From positions 29,878 to 93,877 of the IMG/VR virus record IMGVR_UViG_2934051868_000003: a stretch of 64,000 nucleotides of DNA; one strand, given 5' to 3'. How positions within the stretch are numbered: the stretch's first letter is position 1; each line of letters starts with the position of its first letter. The DNA is from a virus (taxonomy: Duplodnaviria > Caudoviricetes). The position numbers and the translations under genes were made by a program. Under the pieces are notes generated by a model. The model worked only from the letters and a program-made list of their open reading frames with translations, ran no database searches and was not told the DNA's origin. Below are positions 44,873-54,436 of the stretch, piece by piece.

Positions 44873-45996
44873 TAGAAACCTCCTCCCCGCCTGTTGTTAC
44901 TCGGCGCGATCGAGGCAACGACGTACGGCGAGCCGGCTACCTGATGCGCACCCGAGAAGATCACTTCGGCAAGGTGGCGGTCGCACCAGATGCGGTGGCC
45001 AGCGCAGTCCTCACTGCGCCAAGGGAAGCAACTGTGGCAGTTGAGAAGCTTGACCCACTGGGCCGCGCGGTTCGTGCAGATGCCGCCATCGTCAGCGGCT
45101 TTACACAAGTCGGCGGGAAGGTCGCCCTCTTGGCGAAACCTTCGCGCGTACCGGCCAGCCACACTGCGGAGATCACCCGCGCCGCCCCAGTGCACGTCGA
45201 GGCTGACAGCCGCCGCGTACCAACGCTGCCGCTCCTTCTCGGGAAGCAGGTCGAAGGACGCGGCGTCCAAGTCGGCGCTGGCGAGGATAGCGAGCCACGA
45301 AAGTGATCCGACCTCGCTTGGATCCTCGCCCGCCTTGGCATGAATCTCTTCAGCTGCCTCCGTCATGCGACTGTTGAAGTCAGTGCTGAACAACGACCGG
45401 AGAAGGCTGTCTAGCGCGTAACGAAGTCGGTCGCGGTCGTAAAAGGCTTGTTTGAAAGCTTCAATCGCGGACATGGCAATTAGCTCGGCCCCCGCGGGTT
45501 CGTCTTCGCCGTCGTCCTCCGCGCTTTCTCGCGCCGCCTGCTCGAACTGGCGATGTTCGGCGGGGCCGTAGAAGTCAAGAATCGTCTCGGCCAGATCCCG
45601 GCGCCCTCGCTCCCAGGACGGCACTTCCACGTGGTCGCGGACGTACGGGTGCACCTTCTGCCAGTTTCGTTCGATCCAGTCGCTGTCGATGTCCTCCGGA
45701 CGAGTGCTGTGCTCGACCCACACGTGTTCGTTGTGTTGGTCGTTGTAGACCGGGCTCTCGTCGCGGATGGCCTTCTTCTCGGCGGCGAGGGCGGCTTCGC
45801 GGGTTTCGAAGGGTTCGATGACGATGTTGGTGACTTGGAGCCACCAGTGCTTGTCCTTGCGGTGCTGCTTGAGGCGGGCGGGAAGGTTCATGGTGATGCC
45901 GACGTAGAGGAGGGCGTCGGTGCGGTCGAAGAACCGGTAGAGGGCGTGCGGCTGGTTGTTGATCGCCAGTGAGGCGGCGCTGACCCGTCGTGGCAT
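44872..45996 (-). CDS. GIY-YIG nuclease with long unknown C-terminal region
   Basis: LYRFF.....LYVGIT.....R..QH...E..AI..E.P..N. Confidence 0.85.
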   Translation of the reverse strand: MPRRVSAASLAINNQPHALYRFFDRTDALLYVGITMNLPARLKQHRKDKHWWLQVTNIVIEPFETREAALAAEKKAIRDESPVYNDQHNEHVWVEHSTRPEDIDSDWIERNWQKVHPYVRDHVEVPSWERGRRDLAETILDFYGPAEHRQFEQAARESAEDDGEDEPAGAELIAMSAIEAFKQAFYDRDRLRYALDSLLRSLFSTDFNSRMTEAAEEIHAKAGEDPSEVGSLSWLAILASADLDAASFDLLPEKERQRWYAAAVSLDVHWGGAGDLRSVAGRYARRFRQEGDLPADLCKAADDGGICTNRAAQWVKLLNCHSCFPWRSEDCAGHRIWCDRHLAEVIFSGAHQVAGSPYVVASIAPSNNRRGGGF

Positions 45997-46068
45997 GTGG
46001 TTCTCCTGTGCGGTCTGAGCTGGTCAAACAAAGTCGTTGGTTGGCGCGCTTGGCGCAGCCTCGATCAT

Positions 46069-46093
46069 CACCTTACACTGAACCTTACAGTGA
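46069..46093. promoter_or_regulatory. Tandem repeat ACCTTACACTGA / ACCTTACAGTGA over the minus-strand -10 (TAAGGT)
   Basis: Read directly in the divergent intergenic region. Confidence 0.55.
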
Positions 46094-46185
46094 AGCTACT
46101 AGCCTAAACGTACGGGAGTGCCATGACCATCACCGCAAGCCCCGACCTGTCCGGTAGCCCTTACGGCGGGCCGTACACTGCCGAC

Positions 46186-46392
46186 ATGGCGAAGCGTCCG
46201 ATCGTTGGTGCCCAGCAGGCACGCGAAAAGTTCAGCGACCTGCTCGACGCTGTCGGGCGCGGCGAGCACCCGGTGGTACTGCGGCGCAGCACTCCGGCGG
46301 CGCTCATGGTTCCGCCGGCCTGGTACAAGCGGGCGGCCGAACTGCTCGGCGACCCCTGGGACGACTGGTCGCCGCCAGCCGAGGGCGACTAG
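46186..46392 (+). CDS. Phd/YefM-family antitoxin-like regulator (orphan)
   Basis: IVGAQQAREKFSDLLDAV..GE..VV.R...PAA.MVP..WY; -10 TACACT just before ATG. Confidence 0.85.
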   Translation: MAKRPIVGAQQAREKFSDLLDAVGRGEHPVVLRRSTPAALMVPPAWYKRAAELLGDPWDDWSPPAEGD

Positions 46393-46404
46393 CGACCTGG
46401 ACCA

Positions 46405-46440
46405 ACCTGACCCGACGCCCCCGCGGTGTCGGGTTTTCGT
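46405..46440 (+). terminator. Intrinsic terminator after the phd-like gene
   Basis: ACCCGAC(G)CC...GGTGTCGGGT then TTT. Confidence 0.6.
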
Positions 46441-46544
46441 GCTGCCGGAGCTTGCGCCCATGTCATCGCCGCCTGTCGATTGCCGGGTGGGAAGGGGTCG
46501 GCGCGGCCCGCCCCGAAAGACGAACCGCGCCCCACAGATGCAGG

Positions 46545-47183
46545 TCAGGCGGCCTCTTGGCCCTCATTCACGGGCATGATCGCGCCGGTGAACCGCTTCC
46601 CGATCGCCACATGCGTCAGCCGAGTCGCCCCGGTGAACGACAACTGCATGGGCGCCCTCGGCCGGACCTTCCCGAAGTCGGCGAGGAACTTGGCGTTGAA
46701 CGCCAGGCCGGCGACCGGCTCGACCCGGTCCGAGTCGGTGAGGAGTTTCCGCACGTCGGGGAACTCGGCGAGCTGGTCGGGGATGTCCAGCCGCAGCGCG
46801 GTGTAGCCGGTGTCGCGGTCGCGGCGGACGGTGACTTGCCCGTTGGTGAAGTCGACGGTGAGGGGGACGCGCTGCTCTTTGGCGGGCAGCTTGAACACCT
46901 TCACGAGTTCTTTGGCGTCGTCGAGGGTGATGGTGGCGGTCCACGGGTCGTCGGCGCCGCCCCACGTGGTGAACAGATCGTCCTGGGATTCGATGTCGGG
47001 GTCGTCGTCGGGGTGCCACGTCGACCAGGCGATGCGGTACCGGTCGGTGGCGAGGGCGTGGAGCATGTCCCCGTCCCATTCGATGCGGACGCAGTTGAGG
47101 GCGGGTAGGTCGGGGTCGGGGAAGACGAAGGGGAGCACGTCGGCGAGGACGCCGGTGAGTTCCCCGGTCGGTACGGTGATCAT
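46545..47183 (-). CDS. Short sliding-clamp-like protein (two-domain beta-clamp homologue)
   Basis: ATDRYRI, FPDVRKL, FNAKFL, IMPV. Confidence 0.75.
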   Translation of the reverse strand: MITVPTGELTGVLADVLPFVFPDPDLPALNCVRIEWDGDMLHALATDRYRIAWSTWHPDDDPDIESQDDLFTTWGGADDPWTATITLDDAKELVKVFKLPAKEQRVPLTVDFTNGQVTVRRDRDTGYTALRLDIPDQLAEFPDVRKLLTDSDRVEPVAGLAFNAKFLADFGKVRPRAPMQLSFTGATRLTHVAIGKRFTGAIMPVNEGQEAA

Positions 47184-47195
47184 GCGGGTCTCCTG

Positions 47196-47837
47196 TCAGG
47201 CGACGAGTTCGTAGGTGGGCAGCGGTCGGGCGGCGATGCGGGTCACCGACCGTGGGGCGAGGTGCAGGGCGGCGGCGAGTTCGGCGGTGGACATGCCGCA
47301 GGCGCGGCCGACGTGTACGGCGTACTGCCGTTCGGCGTCGGTGAGTTGGATGAGGACGCCGGTGAGCGCCCGGTCGACGGCCACCACATCAATGCACGGT
47401 GTGTCGGGTGCCCCTGCGGGTGCGGCATCGGGGTCGTCGATGGCGTTGTCGTCCCAGGCAAGCGGCGGCCGGTAGCCTGCTGCTAGCGCCCGCCGCCGGG
47501 TGATCTCGGATGTGCCGGGGATCATGGCGAGGGCGGTGTAGGCGCGGCGGATGGCGGTGAGGGTCGCCTCGCTGGTGTAGGTGCGGTGCGCGATTTCCTT
47601 GATGTGATGCCGGGACATGTTGGTGCCGGTGGCCTGCCCGATAGTGGTGCAGGAGTGGCCTGCGGCCCACAGGGTTTGGATGCGGCGGCGGACTTCGGTG
47701 CCGTCCAGGCGCAGCGGCTTTGCCCGGTTTTCGCGGCGCCGCTTGTTGTACAGCCGCCAGTCTTCGCGGGCGGCCGGGCAGCGGCAGCCGTGCCGGTAGG
47801 CGCTATAGGTGCCGTGTCGGGTGGCGGTGCAGGTCAT
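47196..47837 (-). CDS. Hypothetical protein with HGT..AY..GCRC..C-like motif and HTH
   Basis: Motifs; PPLAWDD..IDDP. Confidence 0.65.
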   Translation of the reverse strand: MTCTATRHGTYSAYRHGCRCPAAREDWRLYNKRRRENRAKPLRLDGTEVRRRIQTLWAAGHSCTTIGQATGTNMSRHHIKEIAHRTYTSEATLTAIRRAYTALAMIPGTSEITRRRALAAGYRPPLAWDDNAIDDPDAAPAGAPDTPCIDVVAVDRALTGVLIQLTDAERQYAVHVGRACGMSTAELAAALHLAPRSVTRIAARPLPTYELVA

Positions 47838-48973
47838 CGGGACACCCGGATGGGCATGAGCAGGTAGCGGTGCCCGTCTGCCGGGTTGCCGTCCTGGTCG
47901 GCGGTGGTGATGACGGCCGGCTTGTACGCGCCGACCATGGCGATGTGGGCGCGGGCGCCGGTGACGGCGGTGAGCCCGTCGACCAGGTAGGCCGGGTTGA
48001 AGCCGATGGTCACCGGGTCGCCGTCGCAGGTGACCGCGGCGGGGTCGAGGGTTTCCGCGGCCCGTGCCTCCTCCGTCCCGCCGGCCTCGACGACGCAGCC
48101 GTCTTCGTTGAAGGTGAGCAGTACGGGTGTGGTGCGTTCGGCGACGAGGGCGACCCGCTTGACGACCTCGATGAGCGGCGCCCGGTCGACGGTGACGCGG
48201 GTGGTGACGTCCTCTGGCTTGGGGAAGAGGCTGCGAACGGGCGGGTAGTTGGCTCCGTCGAGTAGCCGGGATGTGATCTGCCGGCCGGCGGTGTCGAAGC
48301 CGATCAGGCCCTCGCCGGGGCGGTCGGCGGTGAGCGCGACGGTGACGGTGCCCGCGGTGAGTGTCTTGGCGAGGTCGGCGAGGGTACGGGCCGGGACCAG
48401 CGCGTCCGCGTCGATGTCCGACCGGCCGGGTTTCCAGTCGATGATCCGTTCGGTGAGCCGGTACCTGTCCGTCGACAGGAACGCGATGTGGTCGGGTCGG
48501 AGTTCGACGCGGACACCGGTCATCATGGGCAGGGTGTCGTCGCGGCCCGCGGACACGGCGGCCTGGGTGATGGCCTGGGCGAACACTGCGGCGTCCACGT
48601 CGCCGACGGGCTGGGGCAGGCTGGGGAGGGTGGGGTAGTCCTCGACGGGCATCGTCGGCAAGGTGAACCGGGCGGCACCGCACACGAGTTGAAGGTGGGC
48701 GCCGGTGGTGGTGAGTGTGACTGGCTTGCCGGGGAGCGCCTTCACGATTTCGGCGAGGAGGCGTCCGGACACGAGCACAGTGCCGGGCTCCCCGCTGGCG
48801 GTGGCCTGCACGCGGGTGGAGGTGTCGTAGTCGTATGCCTCGCCGGTGAGGGCGGTGCCGTCGGCGGACAGTTTGATGCCGGCGAGTACGGGGACGCTGG
48901 GCTTGTTGGGGAGGGTGCGGGCGACTTGGGTGACGATGTCGACCAGGTCGGCGCGCGGGATGGTCAGGTTCAT
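47834..48973 (-). CDS. dnaN: DNA polymerase III beta sliding clamp
   Basis: PVLAGI, VLVSGRLL, YP.LP, TDRYRL, IGFNP.YL, YLLMPIR; 379 aa. Confidence 0.95.
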   Translation of the reverse strand: MNLTIPRADLVDIVTQVARTLPNKPSVPVLAGIKLSADGTALTGEAYDYDTSTRVQATASGEPGTVLVSGRLLAEIVKALPGKPVTLTTTGAHLQLVCGAARFTLPTMPVEDYPTLPSLPQPVGDVDAAVFAQAITQAAVSAGRDDTLPMMTGVRVELRPDHIAFLSTDRYRLTERIIDWKPGRSDIDADALVPARTLADLAKTLTAGTVTVALTADRPGEGLIGFDTAGRQITSRLLDGANYPPVRSLFPKPEDVTTRVTVDRAPLIEVVKRVALVAERTTPVLLTFNEDGCVVEAGGTEEARAAETLDPAAVTCDGDPVTIGFNPAYLVDGLTAVTGARAHIAMVGAYKPAVITTADQDGNPADGHRYLLMPIRVSR

Positions 48974-49106
48974 GCGGTTGCCTTCCTGGGCGTGGTCGTG
49001 TGGGTGGGGCCGGGGATGTTGCAGAGGGTGCAGCCGCGGCCTTGGGCGAGGTGCCGCCGCCGGGCGGACTCGGAGGGGCAGGGCAGCCGGTCGTTCGGTC
49101 CGGGCC

Positions 49107-49383
49107 TCACGCGGCCACCCCCGGCGGTGTGCCGGTGAACGGATCCGCGACCGCCGTCAGATGCGCCCGCAAACGCCACGCCCGCCCAGCGGTGGTGACT
49201 TCCACCCGGCCGTCGTGGTGCAGCAGCAGCCACCCCCGGTCTTCCGCCTCGTACACGTGGCTGTCGACGTCGCGGAGCCGGTGGTGTTCGTCCGTGTACA
49301 GCCACGTGTCCGGGGTCCCGGCAGATGCGGCCGTCGTCGACGGCGTCGATGAGCCGCTGAAAAACCCGGTTGTCGACGCTCAC
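49107..49383 (-). pseudogene. Small hypothetical gene with an apparent one-base frameshift near 49312
   Basis: VSVDNRVFQ...CRDP continues as DTWLYTDEHH...VAA-stop only in another frame. Confidence 0.45.
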
Positions 49384-49691
49384 CGGTGGACCGCCCGGTT
49401 CACGCGCAGGCCGCGGCGGCGCATCTCCTGCTCCCGCTCGGTCTCGGACATGCCGCCCCACACGCCGTCGGCGACTCCGCGGCTGATGGCCCACTCGCCG
49501 CAGTCGGTTTGGACGGGGCAGCGGCGGCAGACGGCCTTGGCCTGGTCGATCTGCATGAGGGACGCGCCGGAGGTGCCGACGGCGAAGAACAACTCTGGGT
49601 CTTCGTCGCGGCAGACGGCGTCGTGTCGCCAGTCGGCTCCCTTGTCTGCGGAGGTGCCGTTGGACAGGTCGTATGCGGATCGGCGGCTCAT
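49380..49691 (-). CDS. whiB: WhiB-family Fe-S transcription factor
   Basis: W...A.C...DPELFF...AK.VC..CPV...C...GVWGG. Confidence 0.95.
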   Translation of the reverse strand: MSRRSAYDLSNGTSADKGADWRHDAVCRDEDPELFFAVGTSGASLMQIDQAKAVCRRCPVQTDCGEWAISRGVADGVWGGMSETEREQEMRRRGLRVNRAVHR

Positions 49692-49857
49692 CGGGCCACC
49701 TCCTTCTTCGTGTCGGCGGTGTTGGGTCGGGTGGGCCACTGCTCGCCGTCGCGGCAGGGAATCCGGTCGGGGTGCCGGTAGCCGTACTGGTGGTCCGGGC
49801 CGAGGTCGGGGTCTACGACGGGCAGCGGGCGGGGCGGGGAAGTCTTGGCGTCGGCGC

Positions 49858-50052
49858 TCACCGAGATTCACCGCCGTCAAGGCAGCACGGCTTACCGGCC
49901 GGGGCGGGACAGCCGTGCAGGCAGGTGCCGCAGCCGCGGGCCTCGCAGTGCTCGCCGGTGGTGTCGGCGGCGCAGACGGCGCGGTCGCAGGTGCAGCACG
50001 GAGGGATGCCGGCGGGCTTTCCGGTGGGGGTGAGGTAGACGGTGACACTCAT
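49858..50052 (-). CDS. Small Cys-rich protein
   Basis: About 10 Cys in 64 aa. Confidence 0.5.
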   Translation of the reverse strand: MSVTVYLTPTGKPAGIPPCCTCDRAVCAADTTGEHCEARGCGTCLHGCPAPAGKPCCLDGGESR

Positions 50053-50255
50053 GCGGGCACCTCCCGGGTGCTGGCGTTGAGGACGTCGTTGACAGCGCGG
50101 GCGAGCGCGCACGACAGGTCAAGGGCGTCGACCGGCCTGAGCGGCACGGCGTTGAGGTAGATGACGCCGCCCGCGACAGTGACGGTGTGGCCGGTGCGGG
50201 TCGTGTACGGCAGCGGTGTACGCGGCAACACGTCGGCGAGCAGGTCAGTGGTCAT
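50049..50255 (-). CDS. Hypothetical protein
   Basis: Coupled ORF. Confidence 0.5.
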   Translation of the reverse strand: MTTDLLADVLPRTPLPYTTRTGHTVTVAGGVIYLNAVPLRPVDALDLSCALARAVNDVLNASTREVPA

Positions 50256-50610
50256 AGCCGGCCACCACCCGCCCGCGGCGCAGCGCCCGCAGTTCCGTTT
50301 CGATGCGGCCGGAGTCCCAGTCGCGGGGCTTCCACACCGCCACATCCGCGCCAGCCTCGGTGAGCCATTCGGCCCACTTCCGCTGCTCGACGGTGCGGGA
50401 GCCGCGCTCGGACTTCAGTTCGCGGAAGAGGACGCCGCCGGGGCCGACGATGGTGAGGTCGGGCCAGCCTTTGCCGTCGCCGCCCACGGCGGTGCGCCAC
50501 CGGCCGGTTTGGGTGAGGCCGGGCCGGAAGTGGGCGGTGTGGAGTCCGAGGATGCGGCATAGGTCGATGACGCGGGTTTGTAGCGCGTCTTCCGGCTTGC
50601 CGCGCGTCAC
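50245..50610 (-). CDS. VRR-NUC domain nuclease
   Basis: GWPDL......FRELKS..G.....Q..W. Confidence 0.85.
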   Translation of the reverse strand: MTRGKPEDALQTRVIDLCRILGLHTAHFRPGLTQTGRWRTAVGGDGKGWPDLTIVGPGGVLFRELKSERGSRTVEQRKWAEWLTEAGADVAVWKPRDWDSGRIETELRALRRGRVVAGYDH

Positions 50611-50978
50611 TGCTTCGCCGCCTTGCGTGCGGCTTCGATCGCGTCGGCCCACGTACCGGAGCCTTCGTAGTAGTCGACCGCTTCGGCGTGCTTCTCGATG
50701 ACCTTGACGGCGGCTTCCACCCCGGCGTTGAACGCTCCGGTGATGGCCGGGTCGTCGGCCCGGTACAGGCGCACCACCTGCTGCCCCTTCGCCTCCGCGA
50801 GCGACAACACGTCCTCCCACCGGTAGGGGTGCTCGTCTGCCACCCCGTACCACTGCTCGCCGAGGGCCGTGACGCAGCTTTCGTCCCGCTCGAACACGAG
50901 GGGGATGAGGTCGCCGGTGGGGTCGAACAGGCCGACCACGGCGCGGTCCGGCGGCTCAGACATCTGCACAGCAGTCAT
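50607..50978 (-). CDS. Hypothetical protein
   Basis: Coupled ORF. Confidence 0.6.
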   Translation of the reverse strand: MTAVQMSEPPDRAVVGLFDPTGDLIPLVFERDESCVTALGEQWYGVADEHPYRWEDVLSLAEAKGQQVVRLYRADDPAITGAFNAGVEAAVKVIEKHAEAVDYYEGSGTWADAIEAARKAAKQ

Positions 50979-51634
50979 GCCGTCACCTGCTCGGCAGTCG
51001 CCTCGGTGAGCGGCCCGTCGGCAAGCAGTTCCATCCACAGAATGGGCAGGCCGTTGCCGGGCTTGCCCTGCCACCACAGGTCCGGGCCGTTCGTGTACCG
51101 GGCCCGCACCCACAGCCGGCCACGCCGGTCACGCAGCCGCTCCACGCCGTCCGGCTCGACAGGCAACGACCACGACCCCGCCGTGTCGGGCTGCACGACC
51201 TGGCCGGCGTCGAGGGCGGCGTACACCACCCGGTACTCCTCGAACGCGTCATACAGGGCAGCCAGCGCAGGAACCGGCGCACCTGGGCGGCGGAAGAGTT
51301 GCACGTCACGGTCCGAATGCGCGTCGGCCCACGCCTCAACAGCGGTGATAACCGGGATGGCGGCGTAGCAGCGGTCAAGGAGCCGCGTGTTGGCGGCCTT
51401 CAACCCGGCGATCTCGGCGCGCGCGGCGGCCAGTTCGGTGTTGCTGGTGTCGTCCGGCCAGATCAGGTCGATGCCCGCCTTGCCGATCAGGTCAACCACC
51501 TCGTCGGCGAACGACGCGTCGATGCCCGTGGTGTCGTACGCCTGCCCGATGTGCGCCCACACCTCGGTGGTGGTGACGTCGCGGGCGTTGCCGGTCATGA
51601 TGTCGGCGGCGACAGTCTTCGCGTCGATGGTCAC
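50975..51634 (-). CDS. Hypothetical protein
   Basis: Coupled ORF; RD..G..W...W.EL....GPL.E C-terminus. Confidence 0.65.
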   Translation of the reverse strand: MTIDAKTVAADIMTGNARDVTTTEVWAHIGQAYDTTGIDASFADEVVDLIGKAGIDLIWPDDTSNTELAAARAEIAGLKAANTRLLDRCYAAIPVITAVEAWADAHSDRDVQLFRRPGAPVPALAALYDAFEEYRVVYAALDAGQVVQPDTAGSWSLPVEPDGVERLRDRRGRLWVRARYTNGPDLWWQGKPGNGLPILWMELLADGPLTEATAEQVTA

Positions 51635-52032
51635 AGCGCCACCCCCGCCCGCGCCTCGGCCAGCACCCGGCGGATCTCACTGAGGGGAATCGCGATGCCA
51701 CGGTCACCCAGCGGGTCGCCGTCGGTGATCGCGAGCAGCGACTCGACCGCGAGGATTTCGGCGCGGGCGGCGTCGAGTGCGTCGCAGAGCTGCGGTACGA
51801 GAGTGCGGGCGGCGGCGATGAACTCGGCGTTCGCCATCGGGCACTCCGACGCCGACGCCACATCGTCCTCGATGACCGCGGCCACCTCACGGCGCGCGCC
51901 GGACGCGGAACGGATGACGGTCAGGGGCCAGCCGCTCGGGTTGTCGTCCGCCAGTGGGTGAGTCTCGCTGATCCACGGGCCGTCTTCGGCGGCGTCGGCC
52001 AGCTTGCGGGCGGCGTCGATGTCGAGGCTCAC
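51631..52032 (-). CDS. Ead/Ea22-like protein
   Basis: A..GPW...NAEFIAAAR..VP.L. Confidence 0.65.
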   Translation of the reverse strand: MSLDIDAARKLADAAEDGPWISETHPLADDNPSGWPLTVIRSASGARREVAAVIEDDVASASECPMANAEFIAAARTLVPQLCDALDAARAEILAVESLLAITDGDPLGDRGIAIPLSEIRRVLAEARAGVAL

Positions 52033-52376
52033 GACGACACCCCCACCGACTGGCTCTTCCGAGCGAGGTAGGTACGGGCGACGGTCAGAGCGTGGAAGGT
52101 GTTGCCCATCCGCGCCTCGAAGTCGAGCCAGTCGGCAACGGCCAGCGCAACGACCGGCGACCAGCCGGCGAGGTGGGAACGGTTGGCCTCCGACATGGAC
52201 TCGCCGATGAGGTGACCGTCGTAGCCGTCGTGCTCGGGGTGCCCGTCGGTGGGCTCGGCGACCATGCCGCCGTAGCGGCTGGACTTGCCGGTGGTGAAGT
52301 ACGGGCCGGGAGTGGCAGCCTCGGCGCGCTCGCGGATGAGCCGGGCTGCCTCGCGGATGGTGTCGGTAGCGTTCAT
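52029..52376 (-). CDS. Hypothetical protein (ATPGP family)
   Basis: AEAATPGP...P.VALAVADWL. Confidence 0.65.
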   Translation of the reverse strand: MNATDTIREAARLIRERAEAATPGPYFTTGKSSRYGGMVAEPTDGHPEHDGYDGHLIGESMSEANRSHLAGWSPVVALAVADWLDFEARMGNTFHALTVARTYLARKSQSVGVSS

Positions 52377-52391
52377 GAGTGACCTCCCAGG

Positions 52392-52922
52392 TCAGTGGTT
52401 GGCGGCGTCATCACGCCGCGCAGAAAGATCAGTGACCGGCGCGGCCACAGCCAGCGCCTCATGCAGAACAGCCGTGTAAAACCGTGTGGTGGGGATACCT
52501 GCATGCTCGGCTAGGCCAGCGCAATGCTCGGCACCATGTGAGCCATGCAGCGGCTTGTTCCGGCACTTCGGCTTGATGCAGGCGTCGATGAACGCCGCGC
52601 AGCGGTGGGCGCCCAGGCTTACGAGAAGTTCATTGCGGATGAACCCGGCCCGCTTCTGGTACTTGCGCCACTGCGCCTTGTGCCGCTCCGACACGACAGG
52701 CCAGCCAGCGGCACGACGCTCCTCAGCCCACCCGTCCGCCACCTTGTCGGCACCCTCAGAACAGGCACCCTGCACGACAATCAGGCCAGCGTGTCCGGCC
52801 CTGGCGGCGTCGACAGCGGTTGCGTCCAGAACATCACCAACAGTCCGCCCATCCCAGGTGGTTGTGCGCGGACCAAACGTTCGGGAGCCAGTAACCAGAA
52901 GCCTCGTCTCGGTGGCCATCAC
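52392..52922 (-). CDS. SLOG/YspA-like (DUF2493) protein
   Basis: LVTGSR, V.GAC..GAD..A..WA, AGFIRN, SHGA..C. Confidence 0.8.
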   Translation of the reverse strand: MMATETRLLVTGSRTFGPRTTTWDGRTVGDVLDATAVDAARAGHAGLIVVQGACSEGADKVADGWAEERRAAGWPVVSERHKAQWRKYQKRAGFIRNELLVSLGAHRCAAFIDACIKPKCRNKPLHGSHGAEHCAGLAEHAGIPTTRFYTAVLHEALAVAAPVTDLSARRDDAANH

Positions 52923-53572
52923 TCGGTCCTGCTGCCGGCGCTAGCAACCAGCGAGGCCACCAGTTCACTGTCTGCGCCGGTTGTAAGAGACCGCTCCACC
53001 GACCAGCCGCGCCACAGGCGAACGCCAATCGTGCTCGCGTTCACACCGAGAATTTCCGACCACTCGCCGACTGTGAGTGTTCGCCCGAGCCAAGCGACCT
53101 GACGAGTATTCCGCTTATTGCGATGCTGCTCCTTGCGGGTGGCCCAGCGGCAGTTCCCAGGCTCATAGTCGCCGTTCACGTCGATGCGCTCCAGCGACAG
53201 CTCCGGACGGAATGTCGATCCCATGTCGTCAGCGAAATTCTCAAACGAACGCCACCGAGGGCACACCTTGATACCTCGGCCGCCGTAGTTCTTGTAGCCA
53301 GCCCAGTTCGAGAGGGTGGTCCTGCCTACCATCGCGAGCCACCTCTTATAGAGGGGAGTGCCGGTCTGCCCGTGTGTCTTGCTGGGCTTCGGCCTTACGC
53401 ATCCGCAGCAGGTGGACCGCCCAGCGGTTAGTTGGCTGCCGCGGACAGCAACGACAGCGCCGCATGCGCATCGGCAGGTCCATGTCAGCGAACCCCACTT
53501 GTCCAGCCCGTGCTGGCCGGTCACGGTCCACAGGCCGAAGGTGCGGCCGGTAAGATCAATTCGATTGGGCAT
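52919..53572 (-). CDS. HNH homing endonuclease (same family as 32052-32936)
   Basis: DLTG..FG, W.C.C.CG, YGGRGIKVC.RW, ERIDVNGDYEPGNCRWAT. Confidence 0.88.
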   Translation of the reverse strand: MPNRIDLTGRTFGLWTVTGQHGLDKWGSLTWTCRCACGAVVAVRGSQLTAGRSTCCGCVRPKPSKTHGQTGTPLYKRWLAMVGRTTLSNWAGYKNYGGRGIKVCPRWRSFENFADDMGSTFRPELSLERIDVNGDYEPGNCRWATRKEQHRNKRNTRQVAWLGRTLTVGEWSEILGVNASTIGVRLWRGWSVERSLTTGADSELVASLVASAGSRTE

Positions 53573-54089
53573 GGCACACCTCGAAATCTCCGTCGGCAGC
53601 CAGCAGCACCCAGCCGCCGTGCGCGGCGTGCAGCACTGGCACCTGCGCCGGGTCATCCGACTGCCGCACCGCCCAGCCGAACTCGCGGGCCTCCACACGA
53701 TGCCGCTCCACATAGTCGTGGCATCCCGTCGTCGCCGACCCGCACAACACGATCAGCGACTGCGGCCCGTTCGTGTCCGCACGCCGAGTGCCGCCAGCAC
53801 CCCGGGCCCGCCTGTGCTGGATTGAGAAGTCACGGCCCCGCACCCCGCCAGCCACATGCCGGCCGCAGCGGGCACAGCAGCCGCGGTCCCGCTCGATGAC
53901 CAGCGCGACAGTCGCGGCGGTGGACCCGGTGTCGCGGGCGGGCTTACGGTCACGCTGCCCTTGGCGGGCGGTGTCGCGGGCCGGGCTGAACGGCACCCTG
54001 GCGAGCGTCGACCACACGGTGCGGCCCTGCTCCGCCAGCTCGGCGCGCTTCTTCGCCGACATCTGGTTCAGCGGCTTACGGCGCTCCAT
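53556..54089 (-). CDS. HNH nuclease
   Basis: RD..CC..CG...QHR.....GG......LCG.....CH. Confidence 0.75.
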   Translation of the reverse strand: MERRKPLNQMSAKKRAELAEQGRTVWSTLARVPFSPARDTARQGQRDRKPARDTGSTAATVALVIERDRGCCARCGRHVAGGVRGRDFSIQHRRARGAGGTRRADTNGPQSLIVLCGSATTGCHDYVERHRVEAREFGWAVRQSDDPAQVPVLHAAHGGWVLLAADGDFEVCHAQSN

Positions 54090-54436
54090 CAGTGCCCCGC
54101 CACCGAATACATCGACCGCACCGACGCGTTCACCGACTGCCAGGCGCGCAACTCCAACTCCAACGCCTTCGCCTGACGATCCGCATACCGGTACGCCACA
54201 TCCGCCGCGTCCCGGGCCGCACGCTCGTCCGCCGTCGCCAACTCGGCCGCGTACCGCTTCTCGTGACTTGGGCCGGCGTGCGCCATGTAGGCGCGGGCGT
54301 ACGCCTGGTCGTAGGCGGCGTCAGCGGCCAGGAACGCCGCGTACCGCTCGGAGCACACCCGCACCCCGTTGGCGATGCGGTCCGAGCAGGACCGGATGGC
54401 GGCCTCAATGTCAACCGGGTTCAGAACGTCACTCAC
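54089..54436 (-). CDS. Coiled-coil recombination-associated hypothetical protein
   Basis: NPVD.E..I...L.A.QS....R.MY; after recT. Confidence 0.65.
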   Translation of the reverse strand: MSDVLNPVDIEAAIRSCSDRIANGVRVCSERYAAFLAADAAYDQAYARAYMAHAGPSHEKRYAAELATADERAARDAADVAYRYADRQAKALELELRAWQSVNASVRSMYSVAGH

